A stretch of DNA of 20,000 bases from Promethearchaeia archaeon (GTDB lineage Archaea; Asgardarchaeota; Lokiarchaeia; Sigyniarchaeales; SOKP01): contig JAHQWG010000050.1 of assembly GCA_029856045.1 (NCBI GenBank), positions 6,938 to 26,937 of the forward strand, given 5' to 3'. The position numbers were made by a program, and so were the translations under genes. The notes under the pieces are model-generated. The model worked only from the letters and a program-made list of their open reading frames with translations, did not search any database and had not been told where the DNA came from. Positions 17,195 to 20,000 of the stretch are shown here, piece by piece (position 1 is the first letter of the stretch; the number at the start of each line of letters is the position of its first letter).

Positions 17195-18850
17195 TTATGA
17201 TTGATTTTTATTTTTTATGTAAATCCATGCTCCCAATCCCAAAATAATGGAATAAAAAATTGAGAAAATAATGATCCACGTTGGAAAGTGTATAACTGTA
17301 GTATCTATATAATTGAGTGTTATTGAAGTATCTGCTGTTCCATTCATTATAAACTGCCCAAGAGAATTGTATACTTCAATAGAATATACTCCTATTGGCA
17401 CATTATACAATAAGACTTGTCCTGCATAGTTGGTTATCTTTTGAGGAATAGGTTGAGATTTTACCAATGAAATAAATGTACCATAAGTTTGATTGAAAAA
17501 ATAAAATTTTAAAATCATTCCTGCAAGGGGCGCTTTTATGTGATCTGTAACCACTACAGATAAGAACTCAGTAGTTTGATATTCAACAATTACTGCAAGG
17601 ACTTCATTCTTGATGAAATAAGAGCTAGCAATATTTAAGCCAAGTCTTGGTGACAAACCTCCTCCTTCAGTTGTGTTTAGGTCTATAACATTTGCTACGC
17701 GCTCGAAATTAGTATTTGTTTTCCTAAATTGAGAATAATATATATTGGATTCAATGAATTGGATTCCTTCAAGGTAAATACCTATAGGTCCATCAAGAAT
17801 TTCTAAGAGATATATACGTTCTCGAATATTATCCGACATAACAAGCCTATCTATTGCCCAAAAATCATAACATACATTATTAAATGAAATTATGAAATCC
17901 GTGGTAAATTTCAATGATATTATGGTTTGATTCGCTGGACAAGAACCATTAAACCAATTTTGTGGGTTTTTATGAGCATTTATATCTTTGGATTCATTTC
18001 CAATTGAGTATTCGAAATTGTATAGTTTAATACTATCTTCAATGCAAAATAAAAAATCTAATGTTAAATTTTCAGCAAGTATACTATATCCTTGAGAAGT
18101 TTTGATTAATCCTTCTATATTAAAGCCATAAGTAAAATTAACTGATTGTATTTGAGTTTTATTAATCATATTTAAGTTTTGATTAAGATCTTGGTTAATA
18201 TTCCAAGATTCAATGGATAACCAATAATCGTAAATAAAAATAAAGCGTAAAGTGCCATTTTTCGCTATATGTTGTTCTCGATAATTATAAATAAAAGCGT
18301 TTTTTGAATCAATTGTATAATTTTCTTTAGGAAGTAAGGTTTCATTAAGATAAGCATCAAGTAAATTCGTTGGATGTAAATTTGTTTGATACATTAAAAG
18401 TCCTGATGCACTGGAATTATAATCAAATATTATTGAAATATTGAATTTTACAATAATATTTTCAAATCGATCTCTGATATCTGTATTATTAAATCTAGCG
18501 GGTCTTACTGTGTTACTAAAAATTAAATCAAAATCTTGAGCAATTAAATCTCCAGAGTCAAGATCATTTTTAATATTTTCATATTCAATATTTCGATAAA
18601 GAAATCCTTGATCTTGTGTATCCATATTTATTATCGAGATATTCCCCAAATCATGCAGTTTTTCTGATAAAACTGGTTCATAATCAAATAATTGTAATTT
18701 TGGAGAATTAATATTATAATCAAAATTGCTTGAATCTTTATGATTTAATTCCTTAATACCATTAACGTAAAATAATGTTAGAGAAAAAGAAAGAATGAAT
18801 AATATTGCTAAGACAAAAGTAAATTTCTTTAAATTAAACTTATTTAACAT
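17195..18850 (-). CDS. Predicted secreted/surface protein with a C-terminal Ig-like/CnaB-like repeat and TM anchor
   Basis: 551 aa. N-terminal signal-like helix (KFTFVLAILFILSFSLTLFYV), Asn-rich ectodomain, KAPLAGMILKFYFFNQ...YNVPIGVYSIEVYNSLGQFIMNG, then TM FPTWIIIFSIFYSIILGLGAWIYIKNKNQS. Confidence 0.7.
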   Translation of the reverse strand: MLNKFNLKKFTFVLAILFILSFSLTLFYVNGIKELNHKDSSNFDYNINSPKLQLFDYEPVLSEKLHDLGNISIINMDTQDQGFLYRNIEYENIKNDLDSGDLIAQDFDLIFSNTVRPARFNNTDIRDRFENIIVKFNISIIFDYNSSASGLLMYQTNLHPTNLLDAYLNETLLPKENYTIDSKNAFIYNYREQHIAKNGTLRFIFIYDYWLSIESWNINQDLNQNLNMINKTQIQSVNFTYGFNIEGLIKTSQGYSILAENLTLDFLFCIEDSIKLYNFEYSIGNESKDINAHKNPQNWFNGSCPANQTIISLKFTTDFIISFNNVCYDFWAIDRLVMSDNIRERIYLLEILDGPIGIYLEGIQFIESNIYYSQFRKTNTNFERVANVIDLNTTEGGGLSPRLGLNIASSYFIKNEVLAVIVEYQTTEFLSVVVTDHIKAPLAGMILKFYFFNQTYGTFISLVKSQPIPQKITNYAGQVLLYNVPIGVYSIEVYNSLGQFIMNGTADTSITLNYIDTTVIHFPTWIIIFSIFYSIILGLGAWIYIKNKNQS

Positions 18851-18999
18851 TATTAAACTCTAACTTGAAAATTTATAGACTAAATAAAGTGTGATATTTT
18901 TTTAATTTTATTAGTTTCAAAATTTTAAAACATATAAATCAATATTTCCAAAAATTATGTAAATATTTTTAATTTTTTTTTGTATTTGATAATTATCGA

Positions 19000-20000
19000 A
19001 TGAATGTTAAAAAAGATAAGAAAAAATTTTTATCTCAATTAGAATATTTAGTAGAGAATTTTTTAGATAATCAATATGAGCAAGTAATTTCTATTTCTCA
19101 TAATGATGCTGATGGATTTAGTAGTTCTGCTCTAATACAGAATTTGTTACATAAATTACAGATCCCATTTGAATATCATATCTTTAATCTAGCGCAATCT
19201 TGGAAAAATTATTTAAAAGGGTTTTTTTCTAAGCTAGGTAATAAAAAAACAGCTTTTATTTTTACCGATATTGGTTCTAATATATCTGAGATAATTGAAA
19301 TAATTAAAGATCGAAAAGAAGATTTCTTTATTTTGGATCATCATGAAATTGATCAAAAGATTGAAGATCTAGAAATCCCAGATAATCTATTCCTTTTGAA
19401 TCCTACAATTTATGGATTTGATGGATTAAGTGATATTGCAGGAGCTACATTAGCATATATGTTTGCAAAAAGAATAAAACCATCGATAGTTAAATTGGGA
19501 TGGTTAGCTATACTTGGAATCTCCGGAGATTCATTAAAATCTATGGATAAATTAGCCTCTTTTAATAAAGAAGTTTATGAGGAAATTATTGAGGAGGGTA
19601 TTATATTAGAACTGGATGGCTTAACTTTATTTGGAGGTATGCATGAAACAATCAAGGAAGGATTGAGATATAGTATATTACCGTTTATAAAAGAAATTGA
19701 GGGAGATCTCCAGAAATCCAAAATCATATTGCGCAAATTGAAAATTGACGAAAATAGACCTGTAATCAAGCTTAATTCAGATGAGATTGAAAAATTACAG
19801 GGCTCAATTAATGCAAATATTATTGGAAAGTCGGCAATCTTTCCAAAGAAAAGTGGATTACTAAAGTTTGTTTTTGAGCATTCATTATTATTAAATATTT
19901 TAGGTTTTAATAATATAAATGCCGCATTTAATTTACTACAAAGCCCAAATATAACTCTATATTCAAAGAAAATGTATTATGATTACATAAAAAATCTAAT
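19000..20000 (+). CDS. DHH-family phosphoesterase, RecJ/Cdc45-like (3' end beyond window)
   Basis: Starts MNVKKDKKKFLSQLEYLVENFLDNQYEQVISISHNDADGFSSSALIQNLLHKL. Motifs HNDADG, FTDIGSN, ILDHHEID. Open to the window end. Confidence 0.85.
   Translation, partial: MNVKKDKKKFLSQLEYLVENFLDNQYEQVISISHNDADGFSSSALIQNLLHKLQIPFEYHIFNLAQSWKNYLKGFFSKLGNKKTAFIFTDIGSNISEIIEIIKDRKEDFFILDHHEIDQKIEDLEIPDNLFLLNPTIYGFDGLSDIAGATLAYMFAKRIKPSIVKLGWLAILGISGDSLKSMDKLASFNKEVYEEIIEEGIILELDGLTLFGGMHETIKEGLRYSILPFIKEIEGDLQKSKIILRKLKIDENRPVIKLNSDEIEKLQGSINANIIGKSAIFPKKSGLLKFVFEHSLLLNILGFNNINAAFNLLQSPNITLYSKKMYYDYIKNL

Noticed and set aside
19575-19769. Minus-strand ORF, 64 aa
   Set aside because: Antisense to the DHH phosphoesterase reading frame.
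1-20000. CRISPR arrays, transposons, tRNAs, prophage or defence islands
   Set aside because: No regularly spaced repeats, transposase motifs, inverted-repeat ends, tRNA T-arm signatures or defence genes were seen by eye. The window looks like ordinary core-genome content apart from the 5S locus.

Overview
The window is AT-rich, gene-dense archaeal DNA. The gene content (Spt5 with NGN and KOW domains, aIF1A, aIF2-gamma, a Rab/Rho-like small GTPase, a longin-like protein, a VapC9/Fcf1-like PIN protein) looks like an Asgard (Lokiarchaeia-like) archaeon; that assignment is inference. Minus strand: a truncated and a complete tandem acyl-CoA dehydrogenase, an orphan 415-aa protein, a longin-like 233-aa protein, Spt5, aIF1A, a cupin, an iron-dependent alcohol dehydrogenase, a PIN-domain protein abutting a small GTPase, a membrane protein, two tandem glutamate dehydrogenases, a C25/gingipain-like surface protease, a small ORF and a surface protein. 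Plus strand: a multi-pass membrane protein, a small CxxC protein, aIF2-gamma with an N-terminal Zn-finger extension, and a 3'-truncated DHH phosphoesterase. The main find is in the 'empty' intergenic region at about 9.22-9.39 kb on the + strand: a convincing 5S rRNA whose two halves are in swapped order. The canonical 5' and 3' ends are joined by a UUCG tetraloop closing helix I, and the new ends open in loop B at the tip of an inserted stem. This is a candidate circularly permuted 5S rRNA.
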